Source: Camelus dromedarius
Taxonomy: Eukaryota
NCBI RefSeq assembly: GCF_036321535.1
Contig: NC_087437.1
Coordinates: 5,890,001 to 5,954,000, forward strand
Length of the DNA: 64,000 nt
Direction: 5' to 3'
The notes under the pieces are model-generated. The model saw only the letters and a list, made by a program, of their open reading frames with translations. It did no database searches and was not told the origin of the DNA. The translations under genes were made by a program, and so were the position numbers. Of this stretch, positions 40,105-51,770 are shown piece after piece. Numbering within the stretch: position 1 is the first letter of the stretch; every line of letters starts with the position of its first letter.

Positions 40105-43100
40105 GCAAAAGAGGGTGGGTGGCTCATGCCCAGAAAACCCCTGAACTCCTCGAGGGGTTTCAGCTGAGATGTCTTAAAGGCTCAGGTGAGGGAGGGCACC
40201 CCGAGTCTGTGATCACCTGTGCACAATTGATTGGTTGATGATGATCAAGCCTTCATCAACCCTTAGGTGCTAGAAGGTCAGGGGCCACGTGCTCATGATC
40301 ATCAAGTAGTTTATTTCTTCCACTTGGTGGTTTTAAGCATCTGAATATTACTGGGTCCTTCAGAGAGAAGCTAGAGCACAGGATGGCGGGGGGTGGTGTC
40401 TGTCCCAGGAAGGCCTCACAGGTCCCTGCTCAGTTACAGCTCCCCCCTTTTATTGGATACCCCTCAATCTCAAGGAGAACAGGTGAGGGACAAGAAGAGG
40501 AACAGTATTTGGGACAGAGAGGTTTGGCAGCCTAAACTTTGGGGGCAGTACGGATAGGAAGACAATCATTTGGTAAATAGTTCAATTAGAAAACATACGA
40601 ATATATGTATGTCTATGCAGGACTGGGACACTGTGCTGGACACCAGAAACTGACACACTGTAACTGACGGTACTTCAATAAAAATAAATTTTAAAAAATA
40701 ATTAAAAAACAGATTAAAAGCCAGTAGTGCTTCAGACAAAACCCCCAAATTAGAACCATATTCATCAGTTCACTCACTCCCAGTCACCCTTACCAACAGT
40801 TCCATGAAATCAGTTTATTAGACTTTTAAAATTCCCAGCTCAGCAGTGTGATTTAAAAGAAATCTGTTCTTGTCAAAAGTCTTTTATGGATCTTCTTGAA
40901 GTAGTCCTGTAAGGCATCGGCTTAACTGTCCGCGAATGACAGAAGGCTTAAAGAGGCAAGGTGAAAGGCCTGATTGAAACGTTTTTGACAAGGAAGTGTA
41001 AGCAAGCTGCTGTGACATACAGCAGCCTAAGATATCAAGCCAGAATCATGACTGACAGCACTATACTCAGACAGACCTAAATTTCAGAAACTTCTTTGTA
41101 CAACTTCTAGATTATCTATATTAAGCACACCTATCTATACCGTATAATCTGAGGTGTTTTATCGCTCATTTGACAATGCTTCCCATGTAATTCAACACAA
41201 CAAGCAATCCTACTATGACGTGTTTCTCCGAGATGCCTCAGGGGCCCTTGGAAGCATCCCAAAGTTAGCGGAAGTCAAAAGAACTGTAATTAGAAATGGA
41301 TAGGAAGTTTGTCAAAGATATCAAAAAGTTTCTCACAGTCTGTTATCAGAAACATTCTAAGTAAGCTTGTTCTCTTAACAGAGAGGAACCAGATCTAGTC
41401 CTGCACAAGCCTACTTTTATAACAAAATCCGTTTACCTCATCAAGTTTAATCCAATCTCAGCCAGACTATGCACAGAACTCCTTCTCTGGGGCTCCCCAG
41501 CCACAGCTCCCTGCATTTAGACCAGTCTGTCCCTTATCCTTTTCCCATCCAGAGACAATCAGCTCCAGGACCGGATCACCTTCCCTTCACAAAATACTGT
41601 TCCATTCCTCACACCTTTTTTTTTTTTTTTTATAAACTCAAAACACACAGCCTACCTTCCCACCCTACACTGAAATTCCTCCTGCATTATCTCCAGTAGT
41701 CTTAATTACATATTTAAATTAGAATCCACAACTCATAAAAATCTTAGCTTCTAGTGAATATTTCAGTGTCTTAGTCTGCCTAGGAATGACCCAGCCATTC
41801 AACTATTCAATGAATTCCCATCATGTAACCCAGTTCAGCACAACTCTAAACTTCCAAGCCATCAAATATCCAGAGACATCACCTGAAGGCAGACATTTCC
41901 AACAAATTCATTTCCAGAGTTTACCCAAAACCTCCTCTCTTGCACTCCATTCACCTGTAAGAATTTCATCATACCGAGTTAGTTTTTTTTTTTTTTCCTG
42001 CTGACAAACTGTGCAACAGAAACCAGAACCTACTGACCTTCAGTAACCCTAGGTACAGTAGGAGACATGTCTGTATTGATCACAACCACAAGCTTAAGCT
42101 AGCTTTAACATTAGATGTCAACTCAGTACTGATTTTCACTTCCTAGGTCACAGGAGCCTGAAATCTGTTCTGTCTAGCTTCTTTTATACTTAGAAGTATT
42201 TAATTTTTAAGCGCTTACTCTTCAGTTAAATTCAGCTCATTTACAATTTTTTATGTAAAGACAGACAGAACCAGAGATCTCAGTTTTTCTGCTTGAATTT
42301 AAAACTATTTTTTTTCCCTTGAGAGCCCAGGTAGATCATTACATCTCAAAGGCACAGGTAGGGAAATGCAAATTCCTGCTCTAATGGCTTATAGAAAACC
42401 ATCTCGGCTATTTTCAGGGTTTTTTCTTGTTTCCAGTTCCCAAAAATATTCACTTCAGTTTAAAGAAATAACAGTAATAGACTGTATATATTTATATACG
42501 TACATATCTAATCACTCTCACACTCACACGCCTTACTTTCAGCAAAACCAGGAAGAGAGAACAGGATTTGGACTCAGGTACTGAGCCCCCCCCACACACA
42601 CACACCGCCCCCTCGCCAAAATAAAAGCCAAACTGCACACCGCCCACTTTGATGCAACAGCAGAGCCATTAGGGGCCACTGTTCCCCAGATCTCAGGGAG
42701 CACTGAGCCCACACAGTGTTACAATAAAAACACCATTTTCTTTCACATATGGGAGCATAGCTGAATATCTTCCAGTTTTGCCAAAATACCCCAGGGGACT
42801 GTCAGGTGAAACAGCTCTGAATGCCCATAATTATTATTCACAGCTGATGTTATCAAACCTGAAGCAAACAAATGCAACGCGAAACCATCTCTCAGTGTCA
42901 CAGTTCCCTAGCTCGCAAAGGAGACTCCCAACCAGTGCCCTGTCAGTCCGCAAGGGGAGCAGCCCAGCCAGTGCCCCGTCAGAGACGAAGCTGAATGAAA
43001 GGCCAAGGCTGGAAAGGGAACATCCGGACCGACGCCCTGCCGCAGGAGAGACCAGTGCGAGAGGGGGGACACCCAGGTGTCGTCACTCAGAACCCTGTTT

Positions 43101-44189
43101 CTCAAATATGTCTCAACCAGCCAGTCCAAGTGCTGACACGCACAAACACCAGACATGGTCCCACAAACAGAAGCTCAGAGGTGTGGTCCCCAAATTCCAC
43201 GTCCTCTCCCAGACGGAGGCTCCCCAGTGGCCTGGCTCCCGAAAGAGAACCGACCCAGCGTGGCTCCCAGTGAGCCCAGAATGACCCACTTTCCGGGAGG
43301 GAAGGAGCCCGGGTGGAGCGGGGACAATCTTCCATCCTGCACAACCGGAGTGGCTCACCCCAAACACACACACACACAAACAGCAGATAAGGTTTGGTCA
43401 CACAGGCCACAGAGGAGGTGTCGCCTAAAAATTCCACTTCTACCCCCAGACGAGGCCTCCAGACAGGTGGGCCCGGCTCTCGGAGGGGCAGGGACCCGGG
43501 GGGGCTGACGATGAGCCCGGGGCGGCTCCCTTCCCGGAGGGACCGAGCCCAGATGGAGTGGGCAGGTTCCCCGCCCGCGCGAGCCGGAGACACTCACCCC
43601 CGCAGTGTGGACGCAGTTCCGGAAGGTTCTCGGCTCCAAAGAGCCTTGTCCGGGGGCGGCCTTGACCTCAGGGAGGGTCCCTCCTGCTTCCCGGAGCGAC
43701 AGGAGCCCAGGCCGCTGCTGGGACCCGGGGAGGGGCTGCCCCCGGCCGGGGCCGACCCTGCCCGGGCACAGGATCCCCGCTGGCTCCCCCGAAACTGTTT
43801 CCGACACGAGTCCGTGTGCCCCACGCACAGTGAGGCCAAGCAAACCGAAATGCCGGAGTTTGGAGCAGAGAAACATTCACTGCTGGGCCGAGCAAGGAGA
43901 ATGAATGGCTCAGGCCCAAAAAAACCCTAAACCTCCCGAGGGGTTTCAGCTGAAACTTTTTAAAGGCTCTGGTGAGGGAGGGGCGTCCCGAGGTCTGTCA
44001 CCAGCTGTGCACGGTTCTGATCCGTCAATAGTGCTCAATCCTTAGGCGCCAGGTCTGGGGGCCACGTGCTCATGATCATCACATAGTAAATTTCTCCCAC
44101 TTGGTGGTGGTTTTTAGCATCTGACCGTTATCTGGGTCCTTCAGAGAGGAGCTACAGCAGAGGATGGGGGAGGGCTCTGTCCCGGGAAG
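40105..44189 (-). mobile_element. Non-coding ERV1-class provirus with two diverged LTRs (~40105-40438 and 43796-~44189)
   Basis: Direct repeats share 'gaggggtttcagctga', 'ggggccacgtgctcatgatcatca' and 'ctgggtccttcagagag'. The minus-strand 3' LTR starts TGTAAC at 40438 after the polypurine tract AAAGGGGGGAGC. The 5' LTR ends ..GGAAACA at 43796, followed by a degenerate tRNA-Arg-like primer-binding site. No gag, pol or env ORF is evident. Confidence 0.85.
40595..40705 (+). mobile_element. Short L1 3' tail inside the ERV internal region
   Basis: 'tatatgtatgtctatgcaggactgggacactgtgctggacaccagaaactgacacactgtaactgacggtacttcaataaaa' matches the L1 terminus at 31530-31615. Confidence 0.8.
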
Positions 44190-44402
44190 TGCCTAGAAGG
44201 TTCCAGTAGTTCATTTAGAAGGCGCTGTGGAAGCACTGGAGGTGTGGGCAGGTAAGACAGGAAGGGGCGGGTGCCACTGTGGGAGGCGGTGCAGGATCCC
44301 TCTCCTGCTGTCCTTCCCTGGGGCTGAGAGTCCTGCAGGGAACAGAAAGGCCCAGCATATTTCTGCAGGAAAATCGATGAAAGGAATTGTCACATGTTGA
44401 GA

Positions 44403-44935
44403 TGTTGGGAAATCCTCTGGCTTACACATGAGTTAATTTGGCTTTGATGACAACTAAAATAGCCTGTTTGTGGCCTCTCCAATGTACATCATACATCAGC
44501 TTAAATTATTAAAGAAAAGGATGCATTGGCAAGAAGTAAAGCATGTCCATGTAATAAATAAATAAAGCTGTATCTGTAATAAATAAAGTAATAAATAAAA
44601 AAGGTTAAATGCCCCTCGTCCCGGGACACACCAGTGCTGGTCCTCCTTCAGTGATGACGCCCTCCCTTCCCAGGTGCCAAGGCCATACTGACTCGCTGTG
44701 CTGGTCTGTTAATTTTTTATTTTTATTTTTTGGAAACCTTGAAGAACTGTAACCCTGACTTGTTTGATGTTTTTTATTCTGACAAGATATAAACCTGTGC
44801 TGAAAACTCTGCTTCTCCAGAGCAGTTCCTTAGAGTAACTTGAGAAATAGGCTTCCGGGCTAGTCCTTGGTTTGGTTCAAATAAAACTCTTTTCTATTCT
44901 TATCGTTGATTGTTGATTATTTTCTTCAGTGCTGA
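44403..44935 (+). mobile_element. Solo ERV1-class LTR (MER34/LTR39-like, tentative)
   Basis: It has a TG start, TATAAA near 44788, and 'gagcagttccttagagtaacttgaga...ttccgggctagtcct...caaataaaactcttttctattc...gattattttcttcagtgctga' as an LTR R/U5-type end. Confidence 0.7.
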
Positions 44936-45324
44936 GAGCCCCTGTAGGGCACAGGACGGCCCAGGATATTCCTGCAGGAGAAAGCCTCAGGCAGAGTGTC
45001 CCGGGCTGGCGAGTAGCAGTGTCCTTGGCTGAGGATGGAGGACGGATGTCCCGGAGCTTTGAGCCAAACCTGATCAGTGCGAGGGTCTGTGCCCTGGCCC
45101 ATGGTAGGCTCACAGGACCCCAGGTGCTCATGGCCTGAGGCCCGGCACTTGGCTGATTCTGGGGCAGGGAATCTGCTTGTGTGTGAACTTGAGAGCTGGA
45201 GAGGGTGGGCTGGTCACTTTAACAGCCAGTGGGCAGAGTCTGCTTTTCAACAAAGGTTACCATGGAGAACATCAGAGCTGAGAGATTCTGATGACATTGT
45301 TTGAACCCCTCCTTTAAAAAAAAC

Positions 45325-45480
45325 TGTTATAAGGGGAAAGGGTGGGAGGGCGGGATAAACTGTAACAACCTATAATGAAAAAGAATACAAAAAAGCATAT
45401 ATATGTGCAACTGAATCACTATGCTGTACACCAGAAACTAACCCAACATTGTAAATCGACTCAACTTCAATTTTAGAAAG
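45325..45480 (+). mobile_element. L1 3' UTR tail fragment with an internal deletion
   Basis: 'aaggggaaagggtgggagggcgggataaa' is joined to 'tgtaacaacctataatgaaaaagaat...ctgaatcactatgctgtacaccagaaactaac'. Confidence 0.8.
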
Positions 45481-45617
45481 TTTTAAAAATTGTGTTGTAA
45501 AAAATCGCAAAGATTTTCATTGCTAAAAATTATGTAAGACATCCATAACAAAATGACGATTTCAGCAATTTTTCGGTGCCCAGTTCTGCAGCGCGGAGTA
45601 GCTCCACCTTGCTGGGC

Positions 45618-45656
<39 letters not shown>

Positions 45657-46603
45657 TTTGAACGCGTGTTCTCCGGGGGGCACGACCACTGTGCTCTGTA
45701 TTCAGGGACTGCTAGGGCACCTGTCTGCACAGTCGGTCAGCAAACATAAAGTGTCCTCTGGCCGAAGCGTATGTGTGGACGTACGTGTGGGAGCCCAGGC
45801 CTCCGTGCTGCCCAGGATGTGGGTGTCCGGCCGCCCCTTTGGCCCAGATGGAGACCCGGAGGAAAGCGCTGACTCCCTAGCCCGAGGGAGGTGCTGGGGG
45901 GAGGTGATGGCATTTCTCTTTCCCTGGGGACCAGCATTGGTTCCAGCTCCTGCTGTCTGCCTGGTCTGAAGCCACGTGGCTCCGGGTTTATTTCTACCCA
46001 TCATTTTGAGAAGCGTTTCCCCTGTCCCCTGGCTTCCTCGGGGTAGCAGGTGTAGACACACACACAAACCAACACAAGCCAGGCTCTGATTGGGACCATG
46101 GTCCCCAAGTCACCTCCTCTCCATTTCCCCTGCCTTTAGTTGAGCCCGGGTCCCGCTGGGGTGCGGAGAGGTGGCAGGGCAGGGCCTTCCTTGTCAGCCA
46201 GACCCCCTCCTGACCGGGACAGTTTCTGGGGCTGCAGACCACTTCCCTGGAGGCTCCCCACGTGGCGGTGGTGCGCAGCTGTGCCGGCCTCTCCCTGTGG
46301 CCTCGGCCACGTGACTTGACAGGAGGCTGCGCTGAGGGGACGGGGGTGGGGGGCCCGTGTTCCCGGCCTTCGGGGTAGGACCTTGAACTTCACTTCTCAA
46401 AGCCCTTTCTGAGAAAGCGTTCTAGGGTCAGGATCTGGCTCCGGTGAAGAGGTTATTAGACCCGTGAAGAGCTGCATGCCTTTGATCTTCCAAGCAGTTC
46501 AAGGAGATTGCCAGACATGAAAGGCCAGATGAGCTCTGGGGATCTGGCCGCCAAGGAGAGCTTTCTGTGTGCTTGGTTTTTTTTCCCTCTGCAGATGTTA
46601 ACA

Positions 46604-46842
46604 GTCTGTCTCTCTTTGGCTCCTTTCTCCCTCTCTCCATCTCTGCATCGGCCTCGGAGGCACAGATGTCTCCCGGTGTGTCTCTGTCTTCATGTTCCGC
46701 TGGGTCTCCATGTGTCCATCTCTCTGTGTGTCTCTCTGGCTATTTCTTTCTCTGCTTTGGTCTGGCTCTCTCAATTTGTGCATGTATCTGTTTCTCTCTG
46801 TCTCTGTCTCTCTGTCTCTGTGTTTCATTCTCTCTCTCTCTG
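46604..46842. repeat. Degenerate (TC/TG)n, TCTCTG-type simple repeat
   Basis: Runs such as 'tctctctgtctctgtctctctgtctctgtgtttcattctctctctctc'. Confidence 0.8.
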
Positions 46843-49800
46843 ATCTAGTCCAGCAATCTCGGCATGCGGACGTGGATGGGTCAAAGCTGGCTGCAATTGG
46901 AAACCGCAGGGAAAGCAGCCAGGGCTGGTCTATCTGAAGGGGAACATGCCATCTGTTTCCTGCAGGACCTGAGTAGACATCCTGTCCGGCCCCCCGTGCC
47001 TCATCCTGCCCCACGGGCCCCTCTGGGGAGCTTCAGTCCCTGTCGCCCCCACCCCCTGCCCCACGCACCCCTGTCATGGGCCTGTTCCTGGGTCACACAA
47101 AGCAGCTTTATTCTCAGGATGGCTTAGACCTAAGGAGGCAGAAAAGTAGCACAAGACGTTCCAGCTGCAAGAGACGCTTAGGATGTATATGCAGCTAATT
47201 AATCAATAAAATATTATACAGGACACCTGAGTAATCCAGCCCCATCCCTAAGCACCCTGGTGGTCACCAAATGATCTGAGAGCTCTAACGGGGAAAGCTC
47301 TATATGTGGGGGTCACTAATGGGTGAGCAAAGGTGGCCTTTATGTTTGAGCTGTGTCCGGGGGGTGTGGGGTCTGGCACGCCCACGGGGGAAACAGAGAC
47401 CCCAGGAGGCCGTCAAGGCGATGGAGGACCAAGTCTGTCTCTCTGAATCTGAGTCACCACCTCCCTCCCTCCTGGGCCACAGACACACAGGTCAGACCTC
47501 TCCACTCAGCCCAGAATGCCAGGGTCTGGCCTCAGGACACCTGCCCCCAGCAATGGCAGCAGAGGGAGGGCCAGGGCAGATGTCGGTGTGGAAAGAGCTC
47601 CAGGCCTGCTGGCGTCTGGGAATGGCTTTGTCCAGGAAGGGGTGACTGACCAGGAGAAGGCTGGGCTAGAAAGAGGGGCAGGCCCGCACGGCTGAAGCCC
47701 AAAGGTCTCGGGGAGAGAACCCGCAGAGTTGGGTGTGGAGTGTGTGCAGGAGGGACGTGGCGGGAGCAGCCGTCTTGGCTGGCAGAGACCAGACTGCAGG
47801 CATGAAAGATGTGTGAGCAAAACAACGTCTAGTGTAGGAAGAGAAACCTGGCAGCTCTGGGACGGGGGGGGGGGTGCAGGGTCAGAGGCAAGGCAGGCAG
47901 CAGCCAGAAAACGGACTGAACTGGAGCCTCCACGAGGAGAAGCTGATCTAAGCAGATGCAACCTAGCCCCAGTGCACAGTGGCTTGGCTATGTGTGCACG
48001 TGTGCCTGCCTGCCTCTGTGCACGCGTGTGTATGCACGTGTGTGTGGTGCCTTAGCAGCCTTTCACTAAATTCCCATCCGCGGCTAATCCCCTCACCACC
48101 CCGCGCCCCTCCTTGCAGACCCTTCAGTCTGTGAGCGCACAGAAAGGGTGGGCACATGACATAGGGGGCGATTTCTTAAAGCTGGGGGAAGGGAGGAAGG
48201 TGGGGAAGACTGGGACTCGTCCGCATTCTCCCATGAAGCAACTCCCCTGAGAGGCTTGGGCAGCTTTATTCGCCCCATCCCACAAACCACTCAATCGTCC
48301 TTCGACAGAAGAAAGACTGGACCAGATGTGGGACGTGCACACAGCAGACACCACTGAGCCACAAAAAGGAGCCACTGGGGAAGCCTGCATGCCCGGGCTA
48401 GTGTCACGGACTGAGCAACAGGGACACATGCTGCGTGATACCCCCCACCCCGTGCCCATCCACAGCAGGCGCAGGTACTCCTGTGACAGGAAGCAGGTCA
48501 GTGGTGCCCCAGGGAGCTTTCTGGGGTGAGGACAATATTCTCTATCTCGATGGGGTGATGGTTACAAGGGTGCACACACTCATCAAAACTCGTTGACTTG
48601 ACTCTCTAAGATCTGCTTTACGTAAACTCTAACCCAGTTACAGAAAAACTGGCCGCCAATTATGAAAAAGAAGGAAAGGTGGGAAAAAGGAGGAAAGCAG
48701 AGGAGCAGGATGAGGTCGGGGTCGCTGCAGGGAAAACCAAGGCATCCACCAGCCCTAAAGACCGGCCTCACAGACAGGGATGCCCCTCCCTGGCCGCCAC
48801 GGCCCCCTGGACACTGGGCACAGCCCTGAGCTCCTCGGGTGCCCCCTGCTCCCCCTGGTCTCCCTGCTGTGGGCCCCAGGGGCAGAGCCTTCCAGGTTTC
48901 AAGAGAAGCCAGAAGTCCTGATTTTCAATCTCATTGTTTGTAACAGCTGGCAGCTAACGCCTAACATGCAGAACGGGGAGGGGTGCTCACAGAAACCCCA
49001 GTCCCAGTGCCCGTTTCCCACATTGTCTTGGAAGCCTGTCCTCAGAGCCCTTCAGCTGACAGCAGGGCCATGGGGCCCACCACGAATTCTGATGCTCTCC
49101 GTTCAAGCCAACAGCCCAGTGGCAGGCCGGAAAAGGGCCATCTTGGACCCGGAAGGGCTTCTGGGCAGGGCATCCCTGCTGAGATGGTGAGAACCAGGTT
49201 CTTGGGGGAGCCAGCCTGGTCCACATCTGATCTCGGCCACTCGCTCACTGTGAAACACAAGGCAAGTTATTCAACCTCTCCGTGCCTCAGTTTTCCCTTC
49301 TCTAAAATGGGACAACAATACTTACTTCCTAGGGCTGTGCAGATGATTCCATGAGTTAATATACGTAAAGCCCTCCCAGTCTTAGCCTGTAAATGCCTGC
49401 TAACGAGACCTTTCCCTGCTGGGAAAACAGTGTAAGGCCACTTACAGATGGAGGTTGATGAAAGACTCCTGTAAGTAAACCAGCGAAGTCTTTGCTCTCA
49501 GTTTGAGTCGCTGCGGGTTAATAGCGTGCGGGCTTTGCCCCCAAAGAGAAGGTAGGTTCGAAACCCGCTCAGCGGCGGAGACCCGGGCCAGCTGGAGTCT
49601 TGTTCTGGCTTGCCTCCTGCCTCATCCACTGTGAGCGGAGGTGCTCCCCCTCCCTGACTCCAGGCTTGGCTTCGGGACGTGCTCGGCCTGGAGGATGTCC
49701 GCAGGCTCCTGCACGCAGAGGCCTGAGGGCTGTGCACGCCCCTCTGCTCCGCTCGGCTCACACTGCCCTCGCCTTGCTGGTCCAGGACGACGGTTCAGAG

Positions 49801-51159
49801 AGCCTAACGTAGAAAATCCCCTTGAATTCCGACCACGGTCCTGGGAGAGGGGCTTGTCAACCCATTTTACAGACAAAGAAACTGAGGCCCACTGGAGTCC
49901 TGGGACTTTTACCCCCATCACGCCACTGATTGGAGCCCCAGCGCCTGCGCACTCTGACGAACCACCTCTGGTCTCAGGTAGGGGCTCTGGATTTGAGTCC
50001 CTGGGACACCACGCCCAGTTGCAAAAGCTCCTCCCCTCCAGTAGGCACGAGGGGTTCAACGGGGGTGGGTGGGATCAGATTGGGGGAGGCACAGAGGGGA
50101 CACTGAGATAGGAAGTGCTGAGAGCAGAGACCCCACTGCCACCACCAACCGGCCCAGTCACACCCAGGTGGGTGGGTGGGGGGGTGGAACTGCTTCACGG
50201 GAAAGTTGCTTCTCCTGTGGAAGCTGTTTCTCACGTGCCACGTGCCACAGCCCTTCACCTAGTCCATCTCGTGATGCCCCCTGCAGGTAGGCCCAGCAGC
50301 TCCCCCTTACCCAAGGAGAAACTGAGGCTCTGGGCGGTTGAATGACTTGACTGGGCTCACCCTGCTGAGAATCGCATCCTTCCAGTGTGAGTGACTTCAG
50401 AGCCATTCTCTTTGGGGAACGCTTAATTCTTGTCTCTGCCCTACAGTTATAGGTAAAAACACACGTGGGACTCCTGGCCTGCCTTGTGCTGGGATGTGTT
50501 CATTAAAATGAACCAAAGCGATACCTTCCTCGTCTGGCATCAGGGAATGTGGTATTCCTCAGGTCACTTTGCTAGAACTCTCTGCTTGAAGCACTTTGAC
50601 TTCTTAATTGTCAATGGTTTCAGGTGAAAATCACTCTTAAATCTCTTAAATGCACTCCATCTGTTAATGCCTGTTGAGGAACGTACGAATTCCGATCTTT
50701 TCTCGAGGGCTCTGTGTCTCTTGTGAGCGCCCCCCTGCGGCAGGACACAGATATACCGCCTGACCCGCCCGCCTTTCTGCTTTACGGGATGGTTTTTAAG
50801 TTTCACCTCCACTGTCCAATTATCAACTGTAACTCCAGCTGCTGTCAAAAGCCATTTCCACACACTCTAGACTGCTGTGGGCAAGCAGACAAGACGGCCA
50901 GACCTTTTGGGTGTGTGTAAAATGGGCCTTGCGAATCCGGGCCGACGGCCAACGGCACTTCCGCCGGGACTCTGCGACATTTACAACACCTCCTATTGCC
51001 TCTCCGTGTCTGGTCTGCCTTCCTCCCGGCTCTCACTTGTGTTCCAGACGTCTGTGTTGCTACATATACTACATCCACGGAAGTGAAGATCTGAGGCTGA
51101 AAATCCATGGGCTGGAGGTGGGCAGAAACAATAAAGTTCATGCATCGAAGGCTATTTAG

Positions 51160-51745
51160 CAACCTGTACACAGGCGTAATTAGCAGCTTTATTTCTAAGA
51201 GCCCCAAACTACAAACAGCCCAAATGTCCTTCAGTGGATGAGGGGATAGATAAACATGCAACCACAGGCTACTCTGCGGCAGAAAGAGGGCACCGATTAG
51301 TGATGCACACGACGCGGGTTGCAAGAGCCTTAGGCTGAATGGAAAAAGCCAGTCCCTGAAAGGCTACACACTGATCCAGGTTATCCAATGCTGGAAAATG
51401 AGAAAATGGCAGCAGTGGAGGGCTGACTGCCAGGCTAGGGGTTAGGGAGGTGTGACAGCTGAGGGGAGCTCCTTGTGGTGTGTGTGGTGACCGCATGGTG
51501 GCTGTGTCAATCTGCCCGTGGGATAATGTTTCACAGCACTTCACACCCCTTCCATTAAAGTGCAGGTAAAAAGGGTGAAATCTGCGTAGGGTCTGCATCT
51601 TAGTTGATGTCCTGACCTTGATAACTGTGCTGGTTACCTAGGATGCTATCATTGGGGAAGCCAGGTGAGGGGAACAGGGGAACTCTCCGTCCACAGTTTT
51701 TGCAATTTCTCCACGAGTCTAAAATTGTTTCAAAATAAAAAGTTA
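51160..51745 (+). mobile_element. Ancient L1 3' end (L1MC/L1MD-like)
   Basis: 'cagctttatttctaagagccccaaactacaaacagcccaaatgtccttcagtgg...ggggaagccaggtgagggg...tttttgcaatttctcc...aaattgtttcaaaataaaaagtt'. Confidence 0.7.
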
Positions 51746-51770
51746 AATTTCTTTCTTTAAAAGCTAATGT

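Noticed and set aside
43102..43930. Overlapping 163-178 aa ORFs as gag or a novel protein
   Set aside because: The composition is Pro/Gly/Arg-rich on both strands with no retroviral motif, as expected from high GC content.
9488..45480. Four ~110-190 nt L1 tails (9488, 24414, 40595, 45325) as a new SINE-like family
   Set aside because: They have different 5' breakpoints and subfamily variants with no shared head, which is ordinary extreme 5' truncation.
46508..47014. ORFs rich in Ser/Leu/Cys or Arg/Glu
   Set aside because: They are translations of a TC/TG simple repeat.
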